A stretch of DNA of 64,000 nucleotides, from NCBI RefSeq assembly GCF_988243305.1, contig NZ_OZ547136.1; one strand, written 5' to 3'. How positions within the stretch are numbered: position 1 is the first letter of the stretch; every line of letters starts with the position of its first letter. The position numbers and the translations under genes were made by a program. Below are positions 46,337 to 57,260 of this stretch, in pieces. The notes beneath the pieces are model-generated. The model saw only the letters and a list, made by a program, of their open reading frames with translations, was not told the DNA's origin and searched no databases.

Positions 46337-47614
46337 ATGGCTGTGCTGATTTTTCTGGGCTGTCTGTTGGGTGGTATTGCTATCGGTTTGCCTATTGCCT
46401 GGGCACTGTTGTTGTGCGGGGCGGCGTTAATGTTCTGGCTGGAGATGTTTGATGTCCAGATCATGGCACAAACGCTGGTGAACGGAGCCGACAGCTTCTC
46501 CCTGCTGGCGATTCCGTTCTTTGTGCTGGCGGGTGAAATCATGAATGCGGGCGGCTTGTCAAAACGCATTGTTGACCTGCCGATGAAACTGGTGGGGCAT
46601 AAACCAGGCGGGCTGGGCTACGTCGGCGTGCTGGCGGCTATGATTATGGCAAGCCTTTCTGGTTCTGCCGTTGCGGATACCGCCGCCGTTGCCGCTCTAC
46701 TGGTGCCGATGATGCGCAGCGCCAACTACCCGGTCAACCGGGCGGCGGGGCTGATTGCCTCTGGCGGCATTATCGCGCCAATTATTCCCCCTTCCATTCC
46801 GTTTATTATTTTCGGCGTTTCCAGCGGATTATCCATCAGTAAGCTGTTTATGGCGGGCATTGCCCCTGGCATGATGATGGGCGCAACGCTGATGCTTACC
46901 TGGTGGTGGCAGGCCAGTCGCCTTAATTTACCCCGCCAGCAAAAAGCAACGATGCAGGAAATCTGGCACTCTTTTGTCTCCGGTATCTGGGCGCTGTTTC
47001 TTCCAGTCATCATTATTGGCGGGTTTCGCTCCGGTCTGTTTACCCCTACCGAAGCCGGGGCCGTTGCTGCTTTCTATGCGCTGTTTGTCGCCACAGTTAT
47101 TTACCGTGAAATGACCTTCGCCACACTTTGGCATGTGCTCATTGGCGCAGCGAAAACGACCTCAGTGGTGATGTTTCTGGTGGCCTCGGCACAAGTTTCC
47201 GCCTGGCTGATAACCATTGCTGAACTGCCGATGATGGTTTCTGATTTACTGCAACCGCTGGTCGATTCACCGCGTCTGCTGTTTATCGTCATTATGGTGG
47301 CTATCCTGATTGTCGGCATGGTCATGGATTTAACGCCGACGGTATTAATTCTTACCCCGGTATTAATGCCTTTAGTTAAAGAGGCAGGAATCGATCCGAT
47401 TTATTTCGGTGTCATGTTTATCATTAACTGCTCAATCGGCTTAATTACACCGCCTATCGGTAATGTGCTTAACGTTATTTCAGGGGTGGCAAAACTCAAA
47501 TTCGATGATGCAGTCAGAGGCGTTTTCCCTTACGTCCTGGTTTTATATTCATTATTAGTCGTATTTGTTTTTATTCCCGATCTCATCATCCTCCCTTTGA
47601 AATGGATTAATTAA
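46337..47614 (+). CDS. yiaN: TRAP transporter large permease YiaN
   Basis: 425-aa DctM-like polytopic membrane protein. Confidence 0.9.
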   Translation: MAVLIFLGCLLGGIAIGLPIAWALLLCGAALMFWLEMFDVQIMAQTLVNGADSFSLLAIPFFVLAGEIMNAGGLSKRIVDLPMKLVGHKPGGLGYVGVLAAMIMASLSGSAVADTAAVAALLVPMMRSANYPVNRAAGLIASGGIIAPIIPPSIPFIIFGVSSGLSISKLFMAGIAPGMMMGATLMLTWWWQASRLNLPRQQKATMQEIWHSFVSGIWALFLPVIIIGGFRSGLFTPTEAGAVAAFYALFVATVIYREMTFATLWHVLIGAAKTTSVVMFLVASAQVSAWLITIAELPMMVSDLLQPLVDSPRLLFIVIMVAILIVGMVMDLTPTVLILTPVLMPLVKEAGIDPIYFGVMFIINCSIGLITPPIGNVLNVISGVAKLKFDDAVRGVFPYVLVLYSLLVVFVFIPDLIILPLKWIN

Positions 47615-47626
47615 AAGGAAAATATT

Positions 47627-48613
47627 ATGAAATTACGCTCTGTAACCTACGCATTATTCATTGCTGGCCTGACTGCATTCAGCACATCTTCTCTGGCGGC
47701 ACAATCTTTACGTTTCGGTTATGAAACCTCACAAACCGACTCGCAACATATTGCGGCGAAAAAATTCAATGAATTATTACAGGAAAAAACCAAAGGCGAA
47801 CTGAAATTAAAATTGTTTCCGGATAGCACCCTCGGTAATGCGCAGGCGATGATCAGCGGCGTGCGTGGCGGCACTATTGATATGGAGATGTCTGGCTCTA
47901 ACAACTTTACGGGGCTCTCGCCCGTCATCAACCTGCTCGACGTCCCTTTCCTGTTCCGCGATACCGCTCACGCGCATAAAACGCTCGACGGCAAAGTCGG
48001 TGATGATCTGAAAGCCTCACTTGAAGGTAAGGGACTGAAAGTACTGGCCTACTGGGAAAACGGCTGGCGCGATGTCACCAACTCGCGCGCACCGGTTAAA
48101 ACCCCCGCCGACCTGAAAGGGCTGAAAATTCGCACCAACAATAGCCCGATGAATATCGCCGCATTCAAAGTCTTTGGCGCTAACCCGATCCCGATGCCGT
48201 TTGCCGAAGTCTATACCGGGCTGGAAACGCGCACTATCGACGCTCAGGAACACCCGATCAACGTCGTCTGGTCAGCAAAATTTTTCGAAGTACAGAAGTA
48301 CCTTTCTCTGACGCACCACGCCTATTCGCCACTTCTGGTGGTGATCAACAAAGCGAAGTTTGATGGCTTAAGCCCGGAATTCCAGCAGGCGCTGATCTCA
48401 TCTGCGCAGGAAGCGGGTAACTACCAGCGCAAACTGGTTGCTGAAGATCAGCAAAAAATCATCGATGGCATGAAAGAAGCGGGCGTGGAAGTCATCACCG
48501 ATCTCGACCGCAAAGCCTTTAGCGACGCGCTGGGTACTCAGGTCCGCGACATGTTTGTAAAAGATGTTCCGCAGGGCGCTGACCTGCTGAAAGCCGTGGA
48601 TGAGGTGCAATAA
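47627..48613 (+). CDS. yiaO: TRAP transporter periplasmic solute-binding protein YiaO
   Basis: 328-aa DctP-like protein with signal peptide. Confidence 0.9.
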   Translation: MKLRSVTYALFIAGLTAFSTSSLAAQSLRFGYETSQTDSQHIAAKKFNELLQEKTKGELKLKLFPDSTLGNAQAMISGVRGGTIDMEMSGSNNFTGLSPVINLLDVPFLFRDTAHAHKTLDGKVGDDLKASLEGKGLKVLAYWENGWRDVTNSRAPVKTPADLKGLKIRTNNSPMNIAAFKVFGANPIPMPFAEVYTGLETRTIDAQEHPINVVWSAKFFEVQKYLSLTHHAYSPLLVVINKAKFDGLSPEFQQALISSAQEAGNYQRKLVAEDQQKIIDGMKEAGVEVITDLDRKAFSDALGTQVRDMFVKDVPQGADLLKAVDEVQ

Positions 48614-48616
48614 ACC

Positions 48617-50113
48617 ATGACGCAATACTGGCTGGGGTTAGATTGTGGCGGTAGCTGGCTGAAAGCCGGGCTGTATGACCGCGAAGGCCGGGAGGCAGGC
48701 GTGCAGCGCCTGCCGCTGTGCGCATTAAGCCCGCAGCTAGGTTGGGCAGAGCGCGATATGGCAGAACTGTGGCAATGCTGCATGGCTGTCATTCGCGCCC
48801 TGCTTACTCATACTGGCGTTAGCGGGGAACAAATAGTGGGTATCGGCATCTCCGCACAGGGAAAGGGCTTGTTTTTGCTGGATAAAAACGACAAGCCGCT
48901 CGGTAACGCCATTTTGTCCTCGGATCGCCGGGCGATGGAAATCGTTCGTCGCTGGCAGGAAGATGGCATCCCGGAAAAACTCTACCCGCTGACGCGACAA
49001 ACCTTGTGGACCGGGCATCCGGTGTCGCTGTTACGCTGGCTGAAAGAGCACGAACCGGAACGCTACGCGCAAATTGGCTGCGTGATGATGACGCACGACT
49101 ACCTGCGCTGGTGTTTAACCGGCGTCAAAGGTTGCGAAGAGAGCAATATTTCTGAGTCCAATCTCTACAACATGAGTCTTGGGGAATATGACCCGTGCCT
49201 CACCGACTGGCTGGGGATCGCTGAAATCAACCACGCCCTGCCGCCTGTTGTCGGATCTGCCGAAATCTGCGGGGAAATCACCGCTCAGACAGCCGCACTG
49301 ACCGGTCTGAAAGCGGGTACGCCCGTTGTCGGCGGCCTGTTTGATGTGGTTTCCACCGCACTCTGTGCCGGGATCGAAGACGAATTTACCCTTAATGCGG
49401 TGATGGGCACCTGGGCGGTGACCAGCGGAATAACCCGTGGTTTACGTGACGGTGAAGCGCATCCGTATGTCTATGGTCGCTACGTTAACGATGGTCAATT
49501 TATCGTTCACGAAGCCAGCCCCACCTCTTCCGGCAACCTCGAATGGTTTACCGCACAGTGGGGAGAAATCTCGTTTGATGAGATTAACCAGGCCGTTGCC
49601 AGCTTGCCAAAGGCCGGGGGCGATCTCTTTTTCCTGCCGTTCCTGTACGGCAGCAACGCCGGACTCGAGATGACCAGCGGTTTCTACGGGATGCAGGCCA
49701 TTCACACCCGCGCACACCTGTTGCAGGCCATTTATGAAGGCGTGGTGTTCAGCCATATGACCCATCTCAACCGGATGCGCGAACGTTTTACTGATGTGCA
49801 CACCCTGCGCGTCACTGGCGGCCCGGCGCATTCCGATGTCTGGATGCAAATGCTGGCGGACGTCAGCGGGCTGCGTATCGAACTGCCGCAGGTGGAAGAA
49901 ACCGGCTGCTTTGGTGCGGCACTTGCCGCCCGCGTCGGCACCGGAGTTTATCGCGATTTCAGCGAAGCCCAACGTGATTTACAGCACCCGGTACGCACCC
50001 TGCTGCCGGATATGACCGCCCATCAGCTTTACCAACAAAAATACCAACGCTATCAGCATCTCATTGCCGCACTTCAGGGCTTTCACGCCCGCATCAAGGA
50101 GCACACATTATGA
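48617..50113 (+). CDS. lyxK: L-xylulose/3-keto-L-gulonate kinase LyxK
   Basis: 498-aa FGGY-family kinase. Confidence 0.9.
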   Translation: MTQYWLGLDCGGSWLKAGLYDREGREAGVQRLPLCALSPQLGWAERDMAELWQCCMAVIRALLTHTGVSGEQIVGIGISAQGKGLFLLDKNDKPLGNAILSSDRRAMEIVRRWQEDGIPEKLYPLTRQTLWTGHPVSLLRWLKEHEPERYAQIGCVMMTHDYLRWCLTGVKGCEESNISESNLYNMSLGEYDPCLTDWLGIAEINHALPPVVGSAEICGEITAQTAALTGLKAGTPVVGGLFDVVSTALCAGIEDEFTLNAVMGTWAVTSGITRGLRDGEAHPYVYGRYVNDGQFIVHEASPTSSGNLEWFTAQWGEISFDEINQAVASLPKAGGDLFFLPFLYGSNAGLEMTSGFYGMQAIHTRAHLLQAIYEGVVFSHMTHLNRMRERFTDVHTLRVTGGPAHSDVWMQMLADVSGLRIELPQVEETGCFGAALAARVGTGVYRDFSEAQRDLQHPVRTLLPDMTAHQLYQQKYQRYQHLIAALQGFHARIKEHTL

Positions 50114-50772
50114 GCCGACCACTTCTGCAACTGGCCCTCGACCACTCATCACTTGAAGACGCACAGCGCGACGTGATGCTGTTAAAAGACAGCGTCGATA
50201 TCGTCGAAGCGGGCACCATTCTCTGTTTAAACGAAGGGCTTGGCGCAGTGAAAGCCTTGCGCGAACAGTGCCCGAACAAAATCATCGTCGCTGACTGGAA
50301 GGTCGCCGATGCCGGTGAAACGCTCGCGCAACAGGCGTTTGGCGCAGGCGCTAACTGGATGACCATCATCTGCGCCGCACCGCTCGCGACGGTAGAAAAA
50401 GGTCACACAATGGCGCAACGCTGCGGTGGTGAAATCCAGATCGAGCTGTTCGGTAACTGGACGCTGGACGACGCCCGCGACTGGCATCGTATTGGCGTGC
50501 GGCAGGCGATTTATCATCGTGGTCGTGATGCACAGGCCAGCGGGCAACAGTGGGGCGAAGCCGATCTGGCACGCATGAAGGCGCTTTCCGATATCGGCCT
50601 TGAGCTTTCCATTACCGGCGGTATTACTCCTGCTGATCTGCCACTGTTTAAAGATATTCGCGTGAAAGCGTTTATTGCCGGGCGAGCACTGGCAGGCGCG
50701 GCAAATCCGGCACAGGTGGCAGGCGATTTCCATGCGCAAATCGACGCTATCTGGGGAGGCGCGCGTGCGTAA
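50110..50772 (+). CDS. sgbH: 3-keto-L-gulonate-6-phosphate decarboxylase SgbH
   Basis: 220-aa OMP-decarboxylase-like ORF; 4-bp overlap with lyxK. Confidence 0.9.
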   Translation: MSRPLLQLALDHSSLEDAQRDVMLLKDSVDIVEAGTILCLNEGLGAVKALREQCPNKIIVADWKVADAGETLAQQAFGAGANWMTIICAAPLATVEKGHTMAQRCGGEIQIELFGNWTLDDARDWHRIGVRQAIYHRGRDAQASGQQWGEADLARMKALSDIGLELSITGGITPADLPLFKDIRVKAFIAGRALAGAANPAQVAGDFHAQIDAIWGGARA

Positions 50773-51625
50773 TCATCCGTTAGGGATTTATGAAAAAGCG
50801 CTGGCGAAAGATCTCTCCTGGCCGGAGCGGCTGGTGCTGGCAAAAAGCTGCGGCTTTGATTTTGTCGAAATGTCGGTGGATGAAACTGACGAGCGTCTGT
50901 CACGCCTTGACTGGAGCGCCACACAAAGGACTTCGCTGGTTGCCGCGATGATCGAAACGGGTGTTGCCATTCCGTCAATGTGCCTGTCCGCACATCGTCG
51001 CTTTCCCTTTGGTAGCCGTGACGACGCGGTACGCCAGAGAGCACGGGAGATCATGAGTAAAGCGATTCGCCTGGCGCGCGATCTCGGCATTCGTACTATT
51101 CAACTGGCAGGTTACGACGTCTATTACGAAGACCACGACGAAGGCACCCAGCAACGTTTTGCTGAAGGGCTGGCGTGGGCGGTCGAACAGGCGGCGGCAT
51201 CACAAGTCATGCTGGCAGTGGAGATTATGGATACCGCGTTTATGAACTCCATCAGCAAATGGAAAAAATGGGACGAGATGCTCGCCTCGCCGTGGTTCAC
51301 CGTCTACCCGGACGTCGGCAACCTCAGCGCCTGGGGCAATGATGTTCCCGCCGAACTGAAACTGGGCATTGATCGTATCGCCGCGATCCACCTGAAAGAC
51401 ACCCAGCCAGTCACCGAGCAAAGCCCCGGACAGTTCCGCGACGTGCCGTTTGGCGAAGGCTGCGTCGATTTCGTTGGCATCTTCAAAACGCTGCATGAAC
51501 TGAACTATCGCGGTTCTTTCCTGATTGAGATGTGGACCGAAAAAGCCAAAGAGCCGGTGCTGGAGATTATTCAGGCGCGGCGCTGGATTGAAGCGCGTAT
51601 GCAGGAGGCTGGATTTATATGTTAG
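50765..51625 (+). CDS. sgbU: L-xylulose-5-phosphate 3-epimerase SgbU (286 aa, GTG start)
   Basis: GTG at 50765 gives 286 aa starting (M)[22 protein letters not shown]; overlaps sgbH stop. Confidence 0.88.
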   Translation: MRNHPLGIYEKALAKDLSWPERLVLAKSCGFDFVEMSVDETDERLSRLDWSATQRTSLVAAMIETGVAIPSMCLSAHRRFPFGSRDDAVRQRAREIMSKAIRLARDLGIRTIQLAGYDVYYEDHDEGTQQRFAEGLAWAVEQAAASQVMLAVEIMDTAFMNSISKWKKWDEMLASPWFTVYPDVGNLSAWGNDVPAELKLGIDRIAAIHLKDTQPVTEQSPGQFRDVPFGEGCVDFVGIFKTLHELNYRGSFLIEMWTEKAKEPVLEIIQARRWIEARMQEAGFIC

Positions 51626-52314
51626 AGCAACTGAAAGCCGACGTGCTGGCGGCAAATCTGGCACTTCCCGCTCACCATCTGGTGACGTTCACCTGGGGCA
51701 ATGTCAGCGCGGTAGACGAAGCGCGGCAATGGATGGTAATCAAACCTTCCGGCGTCGAGTACGACGTGATGACCGCCGACGATATGGTGGTGGTTGAGAT
51801 AGCCAGCGGTAAGGTGGTAGAAGGCAGTAAAAAGCCCTCGTCCGACACGCCAACGCATCTGGCGCTTTACCGTCGCTATGCCGAAATCGGTGGCATTGTG
51901 CATACCCACTCGCGCCACGCCACCATCTGGTCGCAGGCTGGGCTGGATCTCCCCGCCTGGGGCACCACGCACGCTGATTATTTCTATGGTGCCATCCCCT
52001 GCACGCGACAGATGACCGTAGAGGAGATTAACGGCGAATATGAATATCAGACCGGCGAAGTGATCATTGAAACTTTCGAAGAACGCAGCAGGAGTCCGGC
52101 ACAAATCCCGGCGGTACTGGTACATTCTCACGGCCCGTTCGCCTGGGGAAAAAATGCCGCCGATGCGGTGCATAACGCCGTGGTGCTGGAAGAGTGTGCC
52201 TATATGGGCCTGTTCTCGCGCCAGCTTGCGCCGCAGCTCCCTGCGATGCAAAACGAACTGTTAGATAAGCACTACCTGCGTAAGCATGGGGCCAATGCCT
52301 ATTACGGGCAGTAA
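51619..52314 (+). CDS. sgbE: L-ribulose-5-phosphate 4-epimerase SgbE
   Basis: 231-aa class II aldolase/AraD-like ORF; 7-bp overlap with sgbU. Confidence 0.9.
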   Translation: MLEQLKADVLAANLALPAHHLVTFTWGNVSAVDEARQWMVIKPSGVEYDVMTADDMVVVEIASGKVVEGSKKPSSDTPTHLALYRRYAEIGGIVHTHSRHATIWSQAGLDLPAWGTTHADYFYGAIPCTRQMTVEEINGEYEYQTGEVIIETFEERSRSPAQIPAVLVHSHGPFAWGKNAADAVHNAVVLEECAYMGLFSRQLAPQLPAMQNELLDKHYLRKHGANAYYGQ

Positions 52315-52345
52315 TCCCTCACGCCGGGGCTTCATTGCCCCGGCA

Positions 52346-53161
52346 CTACGAATTGATATGTTCCTTGCTGTAACGTCGCTTCCACGCAGCTGGCGTTAAA
52401 CCGGTGTGTTTGCGAAAAATCTGCCGGAAATAGCCAACGTCATTAAACCCGCACAACGCCGCCACTTCAGTGAGCGATCGCGCTTCGCTAATTAACAGCT
52501 TTTCGGCTTCGCGCACTCGCTGGCGATGAATTGCTTCTGTTAACGTCAGATGAAACACCCGCCGATAGACGCGCCCAAGATAATCGGCATTGCAGTACAG
52601 CTCGCGGGCTAAAAGCGCCGTGGAAAGCGGGCGATGATATTGCGTGCGGATCAGTTTCTGCGCTTTCCAGGCAAGCGTGGTACCTGCGGCATCGGCCTGT
52701 TCATCAAGACGCGCGTCACGGGTGAGTTGCTGCAAAATCAGCAGCACAATAAACTCCAGCGCCGGAGTGCGTTGATGCTTTTCCTGTTCGCTTAAGAACT
52801 GGCGAAACAGGGCCACCAGCGCCTGCGGATCGGCAACCTTCGTTTGTTGCGGCACGCTAAGATGAGTGAGCCAGCGCGGGTCGCTATCCGGCGCTTTAAC
52901 CTCAAAATGCAGCCAGTAAAATTTGAGATCGGCGGGAAAATCCTCTACCCCAACATGCTGTCGGTTCGGCCAGAGTAATAAACTCTCTCCCGCATCGACC
53001 AGAAATATCCGCTCTTCTTCCTGAATCGCTAATCGACCTTTTTCGACAAAGATAATTTCCCATGACTCCAGCCGCCTTGCCGGATGCCTCCCTACGCCAC
53101 GGGAAATAAATAATCCACCATTTTGCACTTTAATCGGTAACGTTATGGATAATTCGAGCAT
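52346..53161 (-). CDS. AraC-family transcriptional regulator (cupin-like sensor domain plus C-terminal double HTH)
   Basis: 271-aa ORF; C-terminal AraC signature region ...LSTALLARELYCNADYLGRVYRRVFHLTLTEAIHRQRVREAEKLL...GFNDVGYFRQIFRKHTGLTPAAWKRR; divergent from transporter gene. Confidence 0.85.
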   Translation of the reverse strand: MLELSITLPIKVQNGGLFISRGVGRHPARRLESWEIIFVEKGRLAIQEEERIFLVDAGESLLLWPNRQHVGVEDFPADLKFYWLHFEVKAPDSDPRWLTHLSVPQQTKVADPQALVALFRQFLSEQEKHQRTPALEFIVLLILQQLTRDARLDEQADAAGTTLAWKAQKLIRTQYHRPLSTALLARELYCNADYLGRVYRRVFHLTLTEAIHRQRVREAEKLLISEARSLTEVAALCGFNDVGYFRQIFRKHTGLTPAAWKRRYSKEHINS

Positions 53162-53386
53162 TGATATGTAATTTCCCGCTTATTCATTAATGATTAAACA
53201 CATTACCTTTTGATTATGAATCAAAAACATTAATTTCACCTGATCCAATTCACACTTTTAAATTCAGGTCGGAATCGTCACCTTTTTTTACTCTTTTCTC
53301 GCCTTGTTGATATTCCCGTTCACGGCAGAATTAATCATGTCATTGCAATAAAACTAAAAATTGCTCCCTATTCACGAGGAATATCT

Positions 53387-54787
53387 ATGACCTCTACACC
53401 GATTACTGCCGCTGATATCGCTAAAGGTAAAATTGACGATGCGTTATCTGTACGGGAAAAAATAGGCTACGGCCTGGGTGACGCAGGCGGCACCGTAATA
53501 ACTTGCCTGATCATGAACTTTCTCACCTTTTTCTACACCGACGTTTTTGGCTTAACTCCGGCGCTGGTCGGCACGCTGTTTATTGCACTGCGCGTGTTTG
53601 ATGCCATCTCCGACCCGGTGATGGGCGTCATTGCCGACCGGACGCAAAGTCGCTGGGGGCGCTTTCGTCCGTGGCAGTTATGGATTGCCATTCCCATCGG
53701 CATTATCGGCATCCTGACGTTCACCGTGCCAGATGCCAGCATGGGAGTAAAAATCGCCTGGGCGTTCGGCACTTACCTGCTCCTTTCAGTCGGTTATACC
53801 GCCATCAACGTGCCGTACTGCGCGCTGATCAACACCATGACCACCCGCCACAATGAAGTGATCTCCTGCCAGTCCTGGCGATTCGTTCTCTGCGGCGTAG
53901 CGGGATTTCTGGTTTCGGTAGGCTTACCGTGGATGGTAGATCTCTTCGGTCAGGGTAATGCCGCGCGCGGCTATCAACTGGGCGTCGGCGTGCTGTGCGC
54001 CATCGCTGTGGTGATGTTCCTGTGCTGTTTCTTCTGGGTTCGTGAACGGGTGCCACTCTCCACAATGGGGAAATTTACCCTGCGCGAACATCTTGCCGGG
54101 CTGCGAAACAACGACCAACTACTGCTGATGCTGGTCATGTCTTTCCTGCTGATTAACGTCTTTAACATTCGCGGCGGTGGGTATATGTACTTCATTACCT
54201 ACGTCTTACAAGGCAGTACGGGCTACACGTCGCTGTTCTTCACCATGGTCACCTTCGCCTCCATTATCGGCTCGGTGATTGTCAGCCCGTTAACGCGGCG
54301 TTTCGATACCGTCAAAATTTATTACTACACCAACCTGCTCCTCGCTGCGCTGGCGGTGTTGATGTGGTTCCTGCCCTCCGGCCCGGCTTATCAAACGCTG
54401 TGGCTGGCGGTGATCCTCGGTAATGGCGTGATTCTTGGCTTCACATTGCCACTGCACTTCTCATTGATGGCCTTTGCCGATGACTACGGCGAGTGGAAAA
54501 CCCGCGTACGTTCTTCCGGCATGAACTTCGCCTTCAATCTGTTTTTCATCAAACTGGCCTGGGCCTCCAGCGCCGGGATCATCAGCCTGCTGTTTATTTT
54601 TGTCGCCTACCAGCCAGGCGTGGAAAACCAGACCACCAGTTCGCTTGGCGGGATCACGGCGATGGAAACATTACTGCCTGCGCTATTCCACCTGCTGCTG
54701 GCAGGGGCGATCCGCTTTTGCAAACTCAATAACCCTATGATGTCACGCATTGCTACCGACCTGCGTCAGCGTCATGTACAGCCTTAA
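53387..54787 (+). CDS. GPH-family (MelB-like) glycoside:cation symporter
   Basis: 466-aa 12-helix protein with GPH N-terminal signature GYGLGDAGG...[17 protein letters not shown]...[28 protein letters not shown]. Confidence 0.88.
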   Translation: MTSTPITAADIAKGKIDDALSVREKIGYGLGDAGGTVITCLIMNFLTFFYTDVFGLTPALVGTLFIALRVFDAISDPVMGVIADRTQSRWGRFRPWQLWIAIPIGIIGILTFTVPDASMGVKIAWAFGTYLLLSVGYTAINVPYCALINTMTTRHNEVISCQSWRFVLCGVAGFLVSVGLPWMVDLFGQGNAARGYQLGVGVLCAIAVVMFLCCFFWVRERVPLSTMGKFTLREHLAGLRNNDQLLLMLVMSFLLINVFNIRGGGYMYFITYVLQGSTGYTSLFFTMVTFASIIGSVIVSPLTRRFDTVKIYYYTNLLLAALAVLMWFLPSGPAYQTLWLAVILGNGVILGFTLPLHFSLMAFADDYGEWKTRVRSSGMNFAFNLFFIKLAWASSAGIISLLFIFVAYQPGVENQTTSSLGGITAMETLLPALFHLLLAGAIRFCKLNNPMMSRIATDLRQRHVQP

Positions 54788-54797
54788 GGAGCACAAG

Positions 54798-56762
54798 ATG
54801 AACATTTCGGAAGTCGATCTGCATAAACTGACGGTCAGCGATCCGTTCCTCGGTCAGTACCAACAACTGGTCCGCGATGTGGTGATTCCTTATCAGTGGG
54901 ACGCCTTGAACGATCGTATCCCAGAAGCGGAACCCAGCCATGCGATTGAAAACTTTCGCATTGCCGCAGGACTGCAAGACGGTGAATTTTACGGGATGGT
55001 GTTTCAGGACAGCGACGTCGCCAAATGGCTGGAAGCGGTAGCCTGGTCGCTGTGCCAGAAGCCGGATGCCGAACTGGAAAAAACCGCTGACGAGGTAATC
55101 GAACTGGTCGCTTCCGCCCAGTGCGAAGATGGCTATCTCAATACTTACTTTACGGTAAAAGCGCCCGAAGAACGCTGGAGCAATCTGGCGGAGTGTCATG
55201 AACTTTACTGCGCCGGTCATCTGATTGAAGCCGGAGTCGCCTTCTTCCAGGCCACGGGCAAGCGGCGCTTGCTGGAAGTGGTTTGCCGTCTGGCCGATCA
55301 TATCGACAGCGTATTTGGTCCAGGTGAAAGTAAGTTACACGGTTATCCTGGTCACCCGGAAATTGAACTGGCGCTAATGCGCCTGTATGAAGTGACCGAA
55401 GAGCCGCGCTACCTGGCGCTGACGAACTATTTTGTCGAACAGCGTGGTGCGCAACCGCACTATTACGACCAGGAATATGAAAAGCGCGGGCAGACCTCGC
55501 ACTGGCACACCTACGGCCCGGCGTGGATGGTGAAAGATAAAGCCTACAGCCAGGCGCATTTGCCCATCGCACAGCAACAAACCGCCATCGGACATGCAGT
55601 ACGCTTTGTATATCTGATGACTGGCGTCGCACATCTGGCGCGTTTAAGTCACGATGAAAGCAAGCGTCAGGATTGCCTGCGGCTGTGGAACAATATGGCC
55701 CAGCGTCAGTTATATATTACCGGCGGCATTGGCTCACAAAGCAGCGGCGAAGCGTTCAGCAGCGATTACGATCTGCCGAATGACACGGTTTACGCCGAAA
55801 GCTGTGCTTCCATCGGCCTGATGATGTTCGCCCGGCGAATGCTGGAAATGGAAGGCGACAGTCAATATGCCGATGTGATGGAGCGCGCACTGTACAACAC
55901 CGTGCTCGGCGGCATGGCGCTGGATGGCAAACATTTCTTCTATGTGAATCCGCTGGAAGTACATCCAAAATCGCTGAAATTCAACCATATCTACGATCAC
56001 GTTAAGCCGATCCGCCAGCGTTGGTTTGGTTGCGCTTGTTGTCCGCCAAATATCGCCCGCGTGCTGACCTCGATTGGTCATTATCTCTACACGCCGCGTG
56101 AAGATGCGTTGTATATCAACATCTACGCAGGAAACAGCATGGAAGTGCCGGTAGAAAATGGCACGTTGCGCCTGCGGGTTAGCGGGAACTATCCGTGGCA
56201 GGAACAGGTGACAATTGCGGTTGAATCGCCCCAGCCGGTGCGTCATACGCTGGCTTTACGTCTGCCGGACTGGTGCACACAGCCGCAGATCATATTGAAT
56301 GGGGAAGAGGTCGGGCAGGATATTCGTAAAGGGTATTTGCACATTACCCGCGAATGGCAGGAGGGCGACACACTGAATCTGACTTTGCCAATGCCGGTAC
56401 GTCGCGTTTACGGTAACCCTCTGGTGCGTCACGTCGCCGGAAAAGTGGCGATTCAGCGCGGCCCGCTGGTGTATTGCCTGGAACAGGCCGACAACGGCGA
56501 GTCACTGCATAACCTGTGGCTGCCTACCGATGCGCCATTTACGACCTTTGACGGCAAGGGATTGTTCCGCCATAAGATCTTAATCCAGGCACCGGGTTAC
56601 CGGTATGAACAGAGCAATCCAGAGCAGCAACCGCTGTGGCATTACGACAGCGCGCCAGCCAAACGCCAGCCGCAAACCCTGACCTTTATCCCGTGGTTTA
56701 GCTGGGCCAACCGGGGTGAAGGCGAAATGCGGATCTGGGTGAATGAGGAAACCAGCGCATGA
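54798..56762 (+). CDS. Glycoside hydrolase family 127-like protein (DUF1680; predicted beta-L-arabinofuranosidase)
   Basis: 654-aa ORF from ATG 54798 with SD aaggag 11 bp upstream; contains ESC and CACC motifs matching my recollection of the GH127 Glu-x-Cys / Cys-Cys zinc and nucleophile site. Confidence 0.72.
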   Translation: MNISEVDLHKLTVSDPFLGQYQQLVRDVVIPYQWDALNDRIPEAEPSHAIENFRIAAGLQDGEFYGMVFQDSDVAKWLEAVAWSLCQKPDAELEKTADEVIELVASAQCEDGYLNTYFTVKAPEERWSNLAECHELYCAGHLIEAGVAFFQATGKRRLLEVVCRLADHIDSVFGPGESKLHGYPGHPEIELALMRLYEVTEEPRYLALTNYFVEQRGAQPHYYDQEYEKRGQTSHWHTYGPAWMVKDKAYSQAHLPIAQQQTAIGHAVRFVYLMTGVAHLARLSHDESKRQDCLRLWNNMAQRQLYITGGIGSQSSGEAFSSDYDLPNDTVYAESCASIGLMMFARRMLEMEGDSQYADVMERALYNTVLGGMALDGKHFFYVNPLEVHPKSLKFNHIYDHVKPIRQRWFGCACCPPNIARVLTSIGHYLYTPREDALYINIYAGNSMEVPVENGTLRLRVSGNYPWQEQVTIAVESPQPVRHTLALRLPDWCTQPQIILNGEEVGQDIRKGYLHITREWQEGDTLNLTLPMPVRRVYGNPLVRHVAGKVAIQRGPLVYCLEQADNGESLHNLWLPTDAPFTTFDGKGLFRHKILIQAPGYRYEQSNPEQQPLWHYDSAPAKRQPQTLTFIPWFSWANRGEGEMRIWVNEETSA

Positions 56763-56786
56763 TGCGACGCTTAACGCGTCTTATCA
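56762..56786. repeat. REP-like imperfect palindrome at the 3' end of the GH127 gene
   Basis: gatgcgacgc-ttaa-cgcgtcttatc. Confidence 0.4.
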
Positions 56787-56833
56787 GTATCAACATATCG
56801 GTGCGGTTGCCCGCCAACCATCGAAACGCGAGA

Positions 56834-57244
56834 TTAAACGCCCGGCAATACACGCCGGGCAGCTTCCGCCAGAAACGCACTTCTGTTGGCATAGTCTGGG
56901 TTATTGCGCACGTAGGTATCAATCTTGTTCAGTAATCTTTTTGGCATCGTAATATTGATACGTTCAGCCCGACCTTCGAACTGATTCATATTGATATCCA
57001 CCAGCAACCATTGCCCGCCAATAAAGTCCTGCGCACGCTGGACCAGATGTGTTTCCACAGAGCCTGGAAGCGGCAACTCTTCATTCATCTCGCATAAGGT
57101 TTCGAAGTGCGCGACCAGTGCACTTCGCGCATCCTGGAAAGCGTAGTCCAGCGTATCACCAGCAAAATAACAGCCTGGAACATCAGGGAAAAAACCGCTG
57201 GCACTGCCGTCAGGATCACTGTGGATATAGGCGGGATAAAACAT
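56834..57244 (-). CDS. hicB: HicB-family antitoxin (N-terminal HicB fold plus C-terminal ribbon-helix-helix)
   Basis: 136-aa ORF MFYPAYIHSDPDGSASGFFPDVPGCYFAGDTLDYAFQDARSALVAHFE... with C-terminal RHH-like NRSAFLAEAARRVL; strong SD aggagg upstream. Confidence 0.8.
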   Translation of the reverse strand: MFYPAYIHSDPDGSASGFFPDVPGCYFAGDTLDYAFQDARSALVAHFETLCEMNEELPLPGSVETHLVQRAQDFIGGQWLLVDINMNQFEGRAERINITMPKRLLNKIDTYVRNNPDYANRSAFLAEAARRVLPGV

Positions 57245-57260
57245 ATTGCCTCCTGAAATT

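Noticed and set aside
54753-56246. Several 160-180 aa minus-strand ORFs inside the GH127 gene
   Set aside because: Antisense to a long ORF with strong family features; no independent support.
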